Positions 29,572 through 40,402 are shown, counted from the first letter of the stretch. The stretch is 64,000 nt of DNA from an uncultured delta proteobacterium (GCA_963798485.1 CAWCTR010000014.1:256001-320000); one strand, 5' to 3'. Numbers and translations: made by a program. The notes: generated by a model not told the origin, from the letters alone.

Positions 29572-30282
29572 ATGCATATCAACAATGTAAGATTCCATCC
29601 TGAGAGCTATCCGGCGAACAACACCTACCCATTCAATCTCCAGGCCTTTCACAGCACCCCTGGCCTTACCTTTGAAACAAACATCACCTTTTTCATCGGC
29701 GAGAACGGCTCGGGCAAATCCACACTGCTCAAGGCCATTGCCAGGCGCTGCGGCATACACATCTGGGAGGAGGAGCGTGGGCGCTTCGGTAATAATCCCT
29801 ACGAGGAGGATCTTTTCAAGTACATCGATGTTTCCTGGAGCGATGACAAGAAACCCGGTGCGTTCTTCTCCTCTGAGAGATACCAGCACCTTGCCAAGAT
29901 CATTGATGAGTGGGCCATATCAGACCCAAAGCTGCTGGACTACTTCGGAGGGAAGTCCCTTATGTCGCAGTCCCACGGAGAATCTTTCATGGCATTCTTT
30001 CAATCACGCTACAAAATCGAAGGGCTCTACTTCCTGGATGAGCCTGAGACCGCGCTTTCACCTCGCAGACAGATTGAATTCGTGCGGTTGCTTATGAACC
30101 AGAGCAGGGACGGCCATGCCCAGTTCATCATAGCAACTCACTCGCCCATCCTGCTCAGCTGCCCGGGTGCCACAATAGTATCCTTTGATCATCAGGCATT
30201 GAAGATACTTGCTTATGACCAGAGTGATTACTACCTCATCTACCGTGACTTCCTGCTCAACCGCGAGAAATATCTCGTTTAA
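29572..30282 (+). CDS. ABC-type/AAA ATPase (COG3910-like)
   Basis: GENGSGKST, SHGESF, LDEPETALSP, IIATHSP; probable start ATG 29572. Confidence 0.88.
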   Translation: MHINNVRFHPESYPANNTYPFNLQAFHSTPGLTFETNITFFIGENGSGKSTLLKAIARRCGIHIWEEERGRFGNNPYEEDLFKYIDVSWSDDKKPGAFFSSERYQHLAKIIDEWAISDPKLLDYFGGKSLMSQSHGESFMAFFQSRYKIEGLYFLDEPETALSPRRQIEFVRLLMNQSRDGHAQFIIATHSPILLSCPGATIVSFDHQALKILAYDQSDYYLIYRDFLLNREKYLV

Positions 30283-30363
30283 TGCATAGATATCCCTTAA
30301 ATTTATGACTTCAAATGAAATTATCTGTTGACAAGTACGATTGTTGATCGTATAGCTGATCTT

Positions 30364-30576
30364 ATGAAGGTTACAGCACTCATACCCAATGATCTCATTA
30401 ATGAACTTAGGCATTATACCAATGGTAAAACCTTAACAGAAAGTTTGACTATTGCGCTTGAGGAATGGCTTGCACTCAAGAAGATTAAGGAATTGAACGA
30501 GAGCGTGAAAGACAAGCCACTCGAATTTTCAAAGGGTTTTTCGGCAGAGAACGTACGTTCAGTAAATCGCAGATAA
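30364..30576 (+). CDS. VapB-like antitoxin (DUF2191-type)
   Basis: 70 aa MKVTALIPNDLI...; stop overlaps PIN gene start. Confidence 0.75.
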   Translation: MKVTALIPNDLINELRHYTNGKTLTESLTIALEEWLALKKIKELNESVKDKPLEFSKGFSAENVRSVNRR

Positions 30577-30953
30577 TGGTTATCCTCGATACCTCTATCT
30601 GGATTGAGTTTTTCAAGGTTAACGACGAAATTTTCCCTGCAGTTAAAATACTATTGGAGGGTCGTAAAATAATCGGTCTGGAGTGGATATTCGCCGAGCT
30701 TCTTCAAGGAGCCAAGAACAAGCGTGAATCCGATTTAATCCTGGGTTATTGGAACAATATATCCAAGATTGATGCACAGGGCATATGGATAGAGGCAGGT
30801 AAGTATTCAAATGCGACCAAGCTGCTGTCAAAAGGTGTAGGTTTGATAGATGCAGCCATAATGAGTGCCGCCTTGAGATTGGATGCTGATGTCTGGACCC
30901 TTGATCGGAAACTCGACGCGGTGTTGCCGGTGCATCTCCGCTTTCAAGCCTGA
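30576..30953 (+). CDS. PIN-domain VapC toxin
   Basis: ILDTSIWIEFF, ELLQG, GLIDAAI, WTLDRKL. Confidence 0.9.
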   Translation: MVILDTSIWIEFFKVNDEIFPAVKILLEGRKIIGLEWIFAELLQGAKNKRESDLILGYWNNISKIDAQGIWIEAGKYSNATKLLSKGVGLIDAAIMSAALRLDADVWTLDRKLDAVLPVHLRFQA

Positions 30954-31005
30954 GATATAGAAAACAGCGCATTCATCGGCACCTCTCTAGAATCTGAAAA
31001 ACAAA

Positions 31006-31031
31006 ACGGCCCCTGTAAAACCGGGGGCCGT
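31006..31031 (-). terminator. Intrinsic terminator of the etf-DUF224 operon
   Basis: ACGGCCCC...GGGGCCGT stem followed by a T-run on the minus strand. Confidence 0.7.
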
Positions 31032-31059
31032 CAAACTTTGCAGCTAAGCAAATCCGTTT

Positions 31060-33033
31060 TTATCTCAGCGCTTCTGCAACAACCTCTGCGATGTCCTTTA
31101 CCGCAACCTTATCTGCGTTCTTGTCTTTCAGACCATCCTCGAACATGGTCATGCAGTAGGGGCATGTCACGCATACGGTGTCGGGGTTCTTCTTAAGGGC
31201 TTCAGATACCCGTTCCAGATTGATGCGGGTGCCGAGGTGCTCTTCCATCCACATCCTGCCGCCGCCTGCGCCGCAGCAAAAGGACTTGCTGCCGGTGCGG
31301 TCCATCTCCGTGGGGGCCTTGCCTGTTGCCTTACTGATGATGCTCCTTGGTGATTCGTAGATGTCGTTGTGCCTTCCGAGGTAGCACGAGTCATGGAATA
31401 CGACCTTGCCCATGTCGGCAGACTTCTTGAGTTTCAGCTTGCCTTTGGCGAGAAGGTCATTGATGAAGTCTGCATGGTGGATCACCTCTCCATCAAAGCC
31501 ATATTGTTTGTAATCATTTTTCAGGGTGGAGAAGCAGTGCGGGCAAAGGGTAATGATCTTTTTTACGCCCTTGTCCTTGAAGGTCTTCACATTATCTTTG
31601 GCCATCTTGTCGAACACAAACTCGTTGCCCAGCCTGCGCACACTGTCGCCGCAGCACAGCTCATCTTTGCCCAGTATGCCCCAGGAGATTCCGGCTGCAT
31701 CGAGGATGTTTGCCAGGGCCAGGGTTATGAGCTTGTTCCTCGAGTCAAATGCCCCGGCGCAGCCCACATACAGCAGGTACTCACTGGATGCATCGAAGGG
31801 TTTCACGTTGATCTGCGAGCACCACTTGGTCCTCTCGGTGGGCGCTATGCCCCACGGATTACTGCGCTGTTCCATATTCTCAAAGAGGTTCAACAGCTCT
31901 TCGGGAAAATGGGACTTCATCTCTACCAGATATCGCCTGAGCTGGAGCAGCTTGGGCATCTGCTCGATAAATACCGGGCAGACCTCCATGCATGCGCCGC
32001 AGGTTGTGCAGGACCATATCTGATCCTCTGTAATGCTTCCCTCTGCCTTCGTGCCGTTGCTGCTGATGAGCGGCAACGTGGGTTTCTGGCCATCCTTCAT
32101 GGACGGGCCGTTTGTCAGGAGGTTGATCTTCAGGTCATGGATCACCTGCCTCGGGTTCAGGGGTTTGCCGGTGTTTGCTGCAGGGCATGCAAGCTGGCAG
32201 CGGCCGCACTCGGTGCATGCATAGGAATCAAACAGGTCTTTCCAGGTGAACTGGTCAAGCGTCTCGACACCGAACTTGTTACCTTTCACAAAGGTTTCAA
32301 GAGGCAGGGTATTGGCCTTGCCGAAGCGCCTGAAATAGCAGCTCGGGATGGAGGACAGGATGTGCATGTGCTTGCTGTACGGCAGATAGTTCAGGAAGAA
32401 GAGCAGCACAATGGCATGGACCCACCACCAGAAGGTGATGAGCGACTCGGCGCTTTCAGGTGTAATCCCTGAATAGAATGCCTCTGCAACAGCAGATGAG
32501 ATGGGCATAAAGGAGGAAGCGGTTTCCTGGCCGATGGCTACCTCTACGCCCTTCAGGTTGAAGAACGCGATCATGAGCATGGCAATCATGGAAAGGATGA
32601 TATAGGCGTCTAAGGTTATTGCTTCAGGATATGGAGGGGCAACGATGCGCCTGATACCGGCAATAATTACACAGGCCAAGGCAAAGAGCGATACCATATC
32701 GAAAAGGAATACCAGCGGATTGTAGATCACGTCAGGCAATAGCCTAAAGCTGATACCAGGGACTACACCGTGAAAGAGGAACTCGGAGTTTGCCAGCAGC
32801 AAGGTCATAAATGACCAGAACAGGACAAGGTGGTTGATACCGAATGGCTTCTGCAATACCCGCTTCTGGGCGAATGCATAGATAAAGGTATCTCGTAACC
32901 TGGCTGCTACGTCATTGAAACGGTCTTCCGGCTTGCCGATGGTTACAAGGCTGAAGCGGCGGATACAACTCCATGTGAATATGGCGATTGCCGCTAACAA
33001 AACCGCTGCAAAGATATAAGGGTTCGGTATCAT
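31060..33033 (-). CDS. Membrane-bound Fe-S oxidoreductase (DUF224/EMO, HdrD-like with heme-b TM domain)
   Basis: TM domain with candidate heme His (INH, WVH, SKHMH), CTECGRCQLACP, CTTCGACMEVCP, two CCG motifs. Confidence 0.9.
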   Translation of the reverse strand: MIPNPYIFAAVLLAAIAIFTWSCIRRFSLVTIGKPEDRFNDVAARLRDTFIYAFAQKRVLQKPFGINHLVLFWSFMTLLLANSEFLFHGVVPGISFRLLPDVIYNPLVFLFDMVSLFALACVIIAGIRRIVAPPYPEAITLDAYIILSMIAMLMIAFFNLKGVEVAIGQETASSFMPISSAVAEAFYSGITPESAESLITFWWWVHAIVLLFFLNYLPYSKHMHILSSIPSCYFRRFGKANTLPLETFVKGNKFGVETLDQFTWKDLFDSYACTECGRCQLACPAANTGKPLNPRQVIHDLKINLLTNGPSMKDGQKPTLPLISSNGTKAEGSITEDQIWSCTTCGACMEVCPVFIEQMPKLLQLRRYLVEMKSHFPEELLNLFENMEQRSNPWGIAPTERTKWCSQINVKPFDASSEYLLYVGCAGAFDSRNKLITLALANILDAAGISWGILGKDELCCGDSVRRLGNEFVFDKMAKDNVKTFKDKGVKKIITLCPHCFSTLKNDYKQYGFDGEVIHHADFINDLLAKGKLKLKKSADMGKVVFHDSCYLGRHNDIYESPRSIISKATGKAPTEMDRTGSKSFCCGAGGGRMWMEEHLGTRINLERVSEALKKNPDTVCVTCPYCMTMFEDGLKDKNADKVAVKDIAEVVAEALR

Positions 33034-33061
33034 GACTATCCTTCTCTCGTATATAGGGTGT

Positions 33062-34405
33062 TTAACAAACCTTGGGTGTCCCTCTGGTTGCCTTGGCCTT
33101 CCGTATATGGTCCGTTATCGCCGGAACTATCTGGAAGAGATCGCCGACAATGCCGAATGTCGCTACTTCAAAGATCGGTGCTTCATGGTCGCGGTTAATG
33201 GCAATTACCAGATCCGAATCCTGCATGCCTACCAGGTGCTGAATGGCCCCGCTGATGCCGCATGCTATATATATCTTGGGTCTGACCGTCTTTCCGGTCT
33301 GACCTACTTGACGGGCTACCGGCATCCATCCTGCATCCACTGCGCTTCTGGAGCATGCCACAACTCCGTTGAGCTCATCCGCGAGATCCTGCAGGATCTT
33401 GAAGTTTTCCTTTGACATCATGCCTCTTCCACCAGAAACGATAAACTCGGCACCACCGATATCAACGCTGTCTAAATGGCCGGCATCGTCTATGATCTCG
33501 AGCACCTTGGTAAGGACGTCCTCTTCCTTCATGGAGATCTTTTCTCTGATGATTTCGCCTGTGGCGGCCTCGTTTTTGGCCGGCATGGGCATCACATGAG
33601 GGCGTACCGAAGACATCTGCGGTCGTCTCTGCTCGCAGAAAATGGTTGCCATGATGTTCCCGCCAAAGGCCGGACGTGTCTGCAGCAACTGCCTTTTATC
33701 ATCGACGCCGAGGCCTGTGCAGTCTGCTGTCAGACCGGTTCTCAGCCTTGTAGCCACAGCGCCGGCCAGGTCCCTGCCAAGACCGGTAGCGCCCATAAGC
33801 ACGATCTCGGGCTTGTACTTCTCAACCAGCGAGCAGAACGCCTCAAGGTATGTGGCTGTTCGATAATTGTGCAGAATAGCGTCATCAATGAGATATGCCT
33901 TGTTGGCACCATAAGAAAATGCTTCCTGGCAGAGCTTTTCCACATTATGCCCGAGGACAACGGCGCAAAGCTCAACCTTAAGTGCGGCAGCAAGTTGTGC
34001 GCCTACCCCCAGAAGCTCCCAGGAAACCTTGGCGGGTGTACAGTCCGTCTGCTCGATAAAAACCCATACATTGTGATACTGCGCCAAAAATTTCTTGAGC
34101 TTGGCCTCTTCGGAGTCTTCTTCCTCCTCTGCCGGTGCCCCTGTAGCCTTTTCAGCAGCAAGATGTTTAAGGATCTCAAGCTCCTCTGGTGTAAAGAACA
34201 TTTCTAATGCTTCTGCAGGGCATATCTTAATGCATTTCTGGCAGCCGATACATTTGTCTGCAAGGATGAGGGGCTCACCCTTTTCGTTCATCTCGATCGC
34301 TTCTGCAGGGCAGGAGCTCTGACAGCGCGCCCCGCATGCAATACACTTGTTGGGGATGAGAGATGCTTTTCCTCGCGGCTTTTTAACTTTCTTTGGTTTT
34401 TCCAT
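33062..34405 (-). CDS. etfA: Electron transfer flavoprotein alpha subunit with N-terminal 2x[4Fe-4S] domain
   Basis: CIACGARCQSSCP/CIGCQKCIKICP; GLTADCT, RPAFGGN, QVGQTGKTVRP, GISGAIQH. Confidence 0.93.
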   Translation of the reverse strand: MEKPKKVKKPRGKASLIPNKCIACGARCQSSCPAEAIEMNEKGEPLILADKCIGCQKCIKICPAEALEMFFTPEELEILKHLAAEKATGAPAEEEEDSEEAKLKKFLAQYHNVWVFIEQTDCTPAKVSWELLGVGAQLAAALKVELCAVVLGHNVEKLCQEAFSYGANKAYLIDDAILHNYRTATYLEAFCSLVEKYKPEIVLMGATGLGRDLAGAVATRLRTGLTADCTGLGVDDKRQLLQTRPAFGGNIMATIFCEQRRPQMSSVRPHVMPMPAKNEAATGEIIREKISMKEEDVLTKVLEIIDDAGHLDSVDIGGAEFIVSGGRGMMSKENFKILQDLADELNGVVACSRSAVDAGWMPVARQVGQTGKTVRPKIYIACGISGAIQHLVGMQDSDLVIAINRDHEAPIFEVATFGIVGDLFQIVPAITDHIRKAKATRGTPKVC

Positions 34406-34446
34406 CAGCTTAGGTCTCTCTTCTTTTATAAAGTAAGGGTACTTTC

Positions 34447-35268
34447 TTACAGGGCAAGCAATTCCCTCTGGACCAGTTTTTCCACCAGGATCTTCGCTGT
34501 TCCGGTCGGGTCATTTGCACCATCGCCGACTATCTCGCCTTTATCACGTTCGGGGGAGAAGATCTTTCTCACCGCGGTGGGTGAACCCTTGAGTCCGATC
34601 TGATTGACGTCAAGGTTCATGACCTTATTGTCCCACAGGGCCACACTCATGTCCTGTGCCTCAAGACGCATGGGCACCGAGGGATAGCGTGGCTTGTTGA
34701 TCTCTCTGACAACAGTCAGCAGTGCGGGCAATTTGGCCTCGACTATTTCATGGCGGCCTTCGAGCTTCCTGCTTACCCTGATCTTCTTGTTCCTGAGGTC
34801 GAGATCGTCTATGCGGTCGACAAGGGTCAGGGGGACATATCCATTGCGGATGGCAATGCCCGGGCCCACCTGGGCCGTATCGCCGTCGATGGTTTGCTTG
34901 CCGCAGATAACCAGGGCCAGTCCATCCTTGTCCTTTTCAGCAAGCTTCTTGACTGCCTCGGCAAGGACCATACTTGTGGCCAGGGTGTCGGCGCCGCCAA
35001 ATGCGCGGTCTGAGAGGAGGACTACCTCGTCTACCCCCAGTGCAAGGGCCTTGCGAAGAGTCATCTCGGCATTGGGCGGCCCCATGGAGATGGCAGCGAC
35101 CCGCACGCCTGGATATTTATCTTTCAGGCGGAGAGACTCCTCCAAGGCATGCGTGTCAAAGGGGTTCATGATGAATGGAATCCCCTCACGAACCAGGGTG
35201 TTGGTCACCGGATCGATCTTTACCTGTGTTGTGTCAGGCACCTGTTTGATACATGCGATAACGAGCAT
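34447..35268 (-). CDS. etfB: Electron transfer flavoprotein beta subunit
   Basis: CIKQVPDT, NPFD, GADTLATS, GKQTIDGDTAQVGP, GLKGSPT. Confidence 0.95.
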   Translation of the reverse strand: MLVIACIKQVPDTTQVKIDPVTNTLVREGIPFIMNPFDTHALEESLRLKDKYPGVRVAAISMGPPNAEMTLRKALALGVDEVVLLSDRAFGGADTLATSMVLAEAVKKLAEKDKDGLALVICGKQTIDGDTAQVGPGIAIRNGYVPLTLVDRIDDLDLRNKKIRVSRKLEGRHEIVEAKLPALLTVVREINKPRYPSVPMRLEAQDMSVALWDNKVMNLDVNQIGLKGSPTAVRKIFSPERDKGEIVGDGANDPTGTAKILVEKLVQRELLAL

Positions 35269-35835
35269 TGGCTACCCTTCCTTAATTGTTTCTCCCCGGT
35301 ACGGGTTTGCATTAAAATATTTTGCCTCAATGAGCGTATCAACCCTTAACAAAAGCCTAATAACCATCGCCTTCATGGAGGACCTTTCGACTCGATATTC
35401 TCGTTTGCCCGAACATGAGTGAATCATCATTCATCACCGTGGAAACATACAATAGCCATTTGTTTACTGTCAAGATTATTTTTCTATAACAGCTGCATTT
35501 AATCAAGCGTTAAGGCCTATATATCGGCAGGTCATTTCTTATTTTACCTATGGCAAGGAATTAGTCTAAATCGGACCAAATTAAATTTTACTGTCTATTA
35601 TTCAAACTTGGCAAGGTGGGAGTAATCTAATTCGTGATCTTGAATATGTATATCTAAAGGCAATTAACAGAACACCTGCCATCATGGTTTTCAAACCATG
35701 CAAAGCCAATTTATGGGAGAATGATACAGTGAATTACATCTCCCCTGAATTATCTATACAATATTCTCACAAATATCTGCTATAAGTTGAATCAACTTCT
35801 TCGCGGTTTGTATTTGGAATTATGCTTCTGTAAGG

Positions 35836-36489
35836 ATGCATATGACGAGGAAAACAACACAACACATATCAGATCGATTTACAAAGAACAGAACAACCTC
35901 GACAAGTTCACCAATACCCCCTGATAATGCCGGGTTTACTGCAAGCGATCTTCCCGAGTTGGACAAGGAATGGGTTCAACTTGCAGAAGAGCTTTCACTG
36001 ACCAATGTCGCTACAGGCATGGTTAGAAGGCATAAAATGCTTATGAGATTGTATTGCGGTCAGGGAAATAATATACCGGCATCGCGAAAGCGACCTCAAA
36101 ATATAAAAAGAAAACCCACAATACCATCTATTATCAATACGAATGATCTTGAGGGGCAACTTAAACATCTTTTTGAAGAGGAGCAGATTTTCTTAAGGGA
36201 TGAATTGACGCTGTCCTTCCTGGCCCACGAAATCGGGATTGAACCTCACCACCTTTCCAGATTCCTGAACATCCACCTTCATACTACGTTCCATAACCTT
36301 GTAAACTCCTACCGTGTCAACAATGCCGCAACCATGCTCATCAGCTATCCCGAAAGCTCTATCCTCGATATCGCCTTTGCTTCCGGTTTCAATTCAAAGG
36401 CAAGTTTCAACAGGATCTTCAAGAAGACAACCGGTTCAATACCAAAACAATACCGACATACAAAGGACAGCCCTCATTCTAAAGATTAG
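35836..36489 (+). CDS. AraC family transcriptional regulator
   Basis: C-terminal HTH: LSRFLN..F..LVNSYRV..ILDIAFASGFNSKASFNRIFKK. Confidence 0.85.
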   Translation: MHMTRKTTQHISDRFTKNRTTSTSSPIPPDNAGFTASDLPELDKEWVQLAEELSLTNVATGMVRRHKMLMRLYCGQGNNIPASRKRPQNIKRKPTIPSIINTNDLEGQLKHLFEEEQIFLRDELTLSFLAHEIGIEPHHLSRFLNIHLHTTFHNLVNSYRVNNAATMLISYPESSILDIAFASGFNSKASFNRIFKKTTGSIPKQYRHTKDSPHSKD

Positions 36490-36553
36490 ATTGATTCATG
36501 CCTCTGATTGCTTTAGCCTTATAAGCTACCTGAATAAGGAAGAGGAGGTGCCC

Positions 36554-37423
36554 ATGGTCACTGGTGAACCTATAGATCTTTCCCAACAGATACCATCCTT
36601 GATCAGAACGTTTCTCGATGACCCTAACGAGAATACCCTCTGGCAGAACTCAGGGGAGCGGGCATGGGCAGACCCTCTTGTAGGCTTCTCCAGGGGTGGT
36701 GATCCGTTGTGGTTATCCCTTAAGGATGTTATCGGCCCGTTCCACTGGACCCCTGCAGAAATATTCTCACAGGCATTTCCTGCCATGAATGTCACTGCGG
36801 GAGAGCTCACCATAATCAGCTGGGTCCTCCCCCAAACAGAGGCAACAAAGGCTGACAACCGTCAGGAGACTTCCTTCCCCTCGCACCGCTGGGCACGCAC
36901 ACGCACCTTCGGCGAAGAGATCAATAATAGTCTTAAAAAACATGTGGTCTCATCCCTCCAGGAATCAGGCTATGAAGCAATAGCCCCTACGCTCCATGAC
37001 GGTTTTTCATGGCAGAACTCGGATATCTATGGGCTTGCATCCAACTGGTCGGAACGCCATGTTGCCTATGTATCCGGTCTGGGGACCTTCGGCCTGTGTG
37101 ACGGGCTCATCACCCCTGCCGGAAAGGCCATGCGCTTAGGCTCTGTGGTGGCCCATTTGCAGATCCCTCCTACACCCAGGCCATATACGTCCCATACGGA
37201 TTACTGCCTCTTCTATTCAAAAGATGCCTGCGGGAAATGCATATCCCGATGCCCGGCAGGTGCCATCAGCAATGCCGGCCACGACAAAAATAAATGCCTG
37301 GAGTATGTTTTTGGCAAAGCAATACCGTATATCAAGACAACCTATGGTTTTGACGGTTACAGTTGCGGGCTGTGCCAGACAGGTGTGCCCTGCGAGTCAG
37401 GAATTCCACACATTCTTAAATAA
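36554..37423 (+). CDS. QueG-like 4Fe-4S protein
   Basis: SNWSERHVAYVSGLGTFG, RLGSVV, CGKCISRCP, CGLCQTGVPC; start ATG 36554 after GAGGAGG. Confidence 0.75.
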   Translation: MVTGEPIDLSQQIPSLIRTFLDDPNENTLWQNSGERAWADPLVGFSRGGDPLWLSLKDVIGPFHWTPAEIFSQAFPAMNVTAGELTIISWVLPQTEATKADNRQETSFPSHRWARTRTFGEEINNSLKKHVVSSLQESGYEAIAPTLHDGFSWQNSDIYGLASNWSERHVAYVSGLGTFGLCDGLITPAGKAMRLGSVVAHLQIPPTPRPYTSHTDYCLFYSKDACGKCISRCPAGAISNAGHDKNKCLEYVFGKAIPYIKTTYGFDGYSCGLCQTGVPCESGIPHILK

Positions 37424-37468
37424 TGATGATATGAGTTATGCGATTATTCGACTGAAAGGGGATTTTGT

Positions 37469-38344
37469 ATGAAAGGAATAATTCTCGCAGGGGGATCAGG
37501 GACAAGACTTTATCCCATAACTCAGGTTGTAAGCAAGCAACTCTTGCCGGTCTATGATAAACCGATGATTTATTATCCCTTATCTGTCTTAATGTTGGCT
37601 GGAATACAAGATATCCTGATAATCTCTACCCCCTCAGATCTTCCACGATTCGCCGAACTGCTTGGTGATGGTTCTCAGTGGGGGGTGTCATTTACCTTTG
37701 CAGAACAACCAAAACCGGAAGGGATAGCGCAGGCATTTATTCTAGGCCGTGATTTTGTAGGAAAGGAAAATGTCTGCCTGATACTTGGTGACAATATATT
37801 CTATGGTTCGGGTTTATACGACCGATTAAAAAGCGCAGGCTCGCTTCTTAAAGGCAGCGTTGTTTTCGGGTACTGGGTGAATGATCCCCAGCGTTATGGG
37901 GTTGTCAGCTTTGACTCGTCCGGAAAGCCTGTGGATCTAGACGAGAAGCCTTCTCATCCAAAATCAAACTGGGCTGTGACCGGTCTCTATTTCTATGATA
38001 ACAGCGTCCTCGACGTCGCACAAAACCTCATCAAACCATCCGGCAGAGGTGAACTCGAAATAACTGATGTCAACAAATATTATCTCCGGATGGAGACCTT
38101 ACGCGTCGAACGGTTGGGAAGAGGGTTTGCCTGGCTGGACACAGGAACCCATGAAACCCTTCTCGCTGCAAGCGCATTCATTGAGACCATTGAAAAGCGC
38201 CAGGGGTTGAAAATCGCCTGCGTTGAGGAGATCGCATACCGCATGGGTTACATTAATGCTGAACAGGTTCTCAGAATTGCCCAACCCTTGAAGAACAGCG
38301 GATATGGGGAATACCTTATAAACATGATCCATCAGGAAGAATGA
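37469..38344 (+). CDS. rfbA: Glucose-1-phosphate thymidylyltransferase
   Basis: [38 protein letters not shown]. Confidence 0.95.
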   Translation: MKGIILAGGSGTRLYPITQVVSKQLLPVYDKPMIYYPLSVLMLAGIQDILIISTPSDLPRFAELLGDGSQWGVSFTFAEQPKPEGIAQAFILGRDFVGKENVCLILGDNIFYGSGLYDRLKSAGSLLKGSVVFGYWVNDPQRYGVVSFDSSGKPVDLDEKPSHPKSNWAVTGLYFYDNSVLDVAQNLIKPSGRGELEITDVNKYYLRMETLRVERLGRGFAWLDTGTHETLLAASAFIETIEKRQGLKIACVEEIAYRMGYINAEQVLRIAQPLKNSGYGEYLINMIHQEE

Positions 38345-38943
38345 ACAATAATTCTCAACCCTTAAAATTGATCGTACGGGGGGGCAGCATCCCTGCAGGT
38401 GTCGGAGTAACAAGGGGATATGTCGACATACTGGAAGACTTCTTGATAGATCGAGGAGTTAAGGTCATCAACCGATCCGTACCCGGCGACAATACCTTTG
38501 ACGGGATATGGACCTTTCAGAAGGATCTTGCCCCTTTCTCTCCTGGAATCCTTATACTCCATTTCGGGGTAGACGATGCGTTCTACCCGGTTTACCGATC
38601 CGAGTTCAAGGAAAACCTGGTGAGGATGGTGCGCTCATCAAGAGAGCTCTTCAATCCCGTCATTCTCATTCCGACTTCACACACCTTTGATGATCCTTAT
38701 GAGATGGATGCCGTTAACATATACTACCGCACCATCAGAGAAGTCTGCATTGATCTGGACTGCGAAATGGTCCCCGTACATACCTGCTGGGCGGGTTATC
38801 TCCAGGATTACGGCCTGTCAAACACCGAACTGGTGCAGAAAGATTGCCGCCTCCCCAATGAGCGCGGGCACGAGGTCTTTGCAGAGGTGATCATCCAAAG
38901 GCTCAAAAGGATCATTAGTGAAGTCACTGCCTTAACCCGCTGA
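38341..38943 (+). CDS. SGNH/GDSL hydrolase family protein (divergent motifs)
   Basis: GGSI block I, INRSVPG, FGVDD, D..LPNERGH. Confidence 0.7.
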   Translation: MNNNSQPLKLIVRGGSIPAGVGVTRGYVDILEDFLIDRGVKVINRSVPGDNTFDGIWTFQKDLAPFSPGILILHFGVDDAFYPVYRSEFKENLVRMVRSSRELFNPVILIPTSHTFDDPYEMDAVNIYYRTIREVCIDLDCEMVPVHTCWAGYLQDYGLSNTELVQKDCRLPNERGHEVFAEVIIQRLKRIISEVTALTR

Positions 38944-40402
38944 GGAACATGCCGTAATGGGCCATATGGGCAATAATGGTCACTGCATCTTCAGGGGTTG
39001 ACAGGGTAACCACGGTTCCAAAGCTTGTCTGTTTCAATGCAAGGCCTTCCTCCGTGAGGGCCACTACGAGGATGGGCTTGCCCGTCTCCTTCTGTATACT
39101 GCCTATCCCTGATATGACACGGTCTTCGGCCTGGATCTGTGCCTTGAGAATGGAAAGCTTGAGCTCCTTTGTGTAAAGCTTGCCGTCAAAACGTTCCTGG
39201 CAGGCAATAAAGTCTTCCACGTAATGCGACCTTCCCACGATGCCCAGGGCTATTACCGCATCCACCTCATCCCACCCGGCAAGTGTCCGGATCACATGGA
39301 GATACAGTCCCGGATCCCCCTCACCCACCACGTCTACCGGGTTCTTCCTGTTCCAGTATTGCGGGAGGTGTGCATCAAGATCTTTGATGATGGCAGGGGT
39401 GAGCTGCGGCAGGACAAGACCCTTGTCTTCACATTGGTCTGCGGCGATAATACCCCACCCACCACCCATGGTCATAATGGCGGCCCGGTTGGACCGCGGT
39501 GTGGGTAAAACGGTCATGGCTGCAGAGACATTCAACAACTCCGTGGGTGTGTCCACCTGGATGATTCCTGCCTGGGTGAACATGGCCTTATAGGTGGCAT
39601 ATGATCCTGCCATGGAGCCGGTGTGAGACTGGGCGGCCATTGATCCTGCCTGCGAACGGCCGGACTTGAGGGCAATCACCGGCTTCTTTTTCGATACCTC
39701 ACTTGCAATCTCCAGGAACTCCCTGCCGTTTGTAATACCTTCGATGTACATGGCAATGGCCTTAACCTCGTCGCGTTGTCCCATATACACAAGTAAATCG
39801 CTTGCATGCAGCATGGCCTCGTTGCCGGTTCCGGCATATAGGGAAAGACCTATGCCCTTCTGGGCGATCCATTTCATGATTTGAAGGCCCAGGTTACCGC
39901 TCTGTGAGATAACTGCAAGACCGCCCGGTTTCGCCGCTGTTGAGGTCGGCAAGGCCTCAAAAAATTGATGGGCCGATGCAATGCCCATGGTGTTCGGGCC
40001 GATGAATACAATGCCGCCTTGCCTGGCGATATCCACGATCTCTTTTTCGATCCGTGCGCCCTCCTCACCCATCTCCCTGAATCCTGAAGAGATGATGACT
40101 GCAGCAGGGATACCCTTGGCAGCGCACTCTTTCATGGCAGCGGGTATGTATGGAGCAGGTATGACAAGAACGGCAAGGTCGACACCTTCAGGGATAGCTG
40201 TCAGGTTCGGGTAGCACTTAATGCCCAGGATCTGCTCCTTCTTGGGATTCACCGGAAAAACCTTTCCTTTATACTCCCAACCCAGGATTGATGTAAGAAT
40301 GAGGTTACCCCACTTCACCGGCACTTCGGAGGCACCCACTACGGCAACAGATGAGGGGTAGAACATCTTGGTGAGTTTATTGTTCAGCTCGGTCTTATCC
40401 AT
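38924..40402 (-). CDS. Acyl/acetate-CoA ligase (ADP-forming) alpha subunit
   Basis: VAVVGAS CoA-binding domain, GPNTMG, SQSG, catalytic SHTGSMAG, NPVD; no ATP-grasp domain. Confidence 0.88.
   Translation of the reverse strand: MDKTELNNKLTKMFYPSSVAVVGASEVPVKWGNLILTSILGWEYKGKVFPVNPKKEQILGIKCYPNLTAIPEGVDLAVLVIPAPYIPAAMKECAAKGIPAAVIISSGFREMGEEGARIEKEIVDIARQGGIVFIGPNTMGIASAHQFFEALPTSTAAKPGGLAVISQSGNLGLQIMKWIAQKGIGLSLYAGTGNEAMLHASDLLVYMGQRDEVKAIAMYIEGITNGREFLEIASEVSKKKPVIALKSGRSQAGSMAAQSHTGSMAGSYATYKAMFTQAGIIQVDTPTELLNVSAAMTVLPTPRSNRAAIMTMGGGWGIIAADQCEDKGLVLPQLTPAIIKDLDAHLPQYWNRKNPVDVVGEGDPGLYLHVIRTLAGWDEVDAVIALGIVGRSHYVEDFIACQERFDGKLYTKELKLSILKAQIQAEDRVISGIGSIQKETGKPILVVALTEEGLALKQTSFGTVVTLSTPEDAVTIIAHMAHYGMFLSGLRQ

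Noticed and set aside
31369-32472. 367-aa plus-strand ORF
   Set aside because: Antisense shadow of the DUF224/EMO gene
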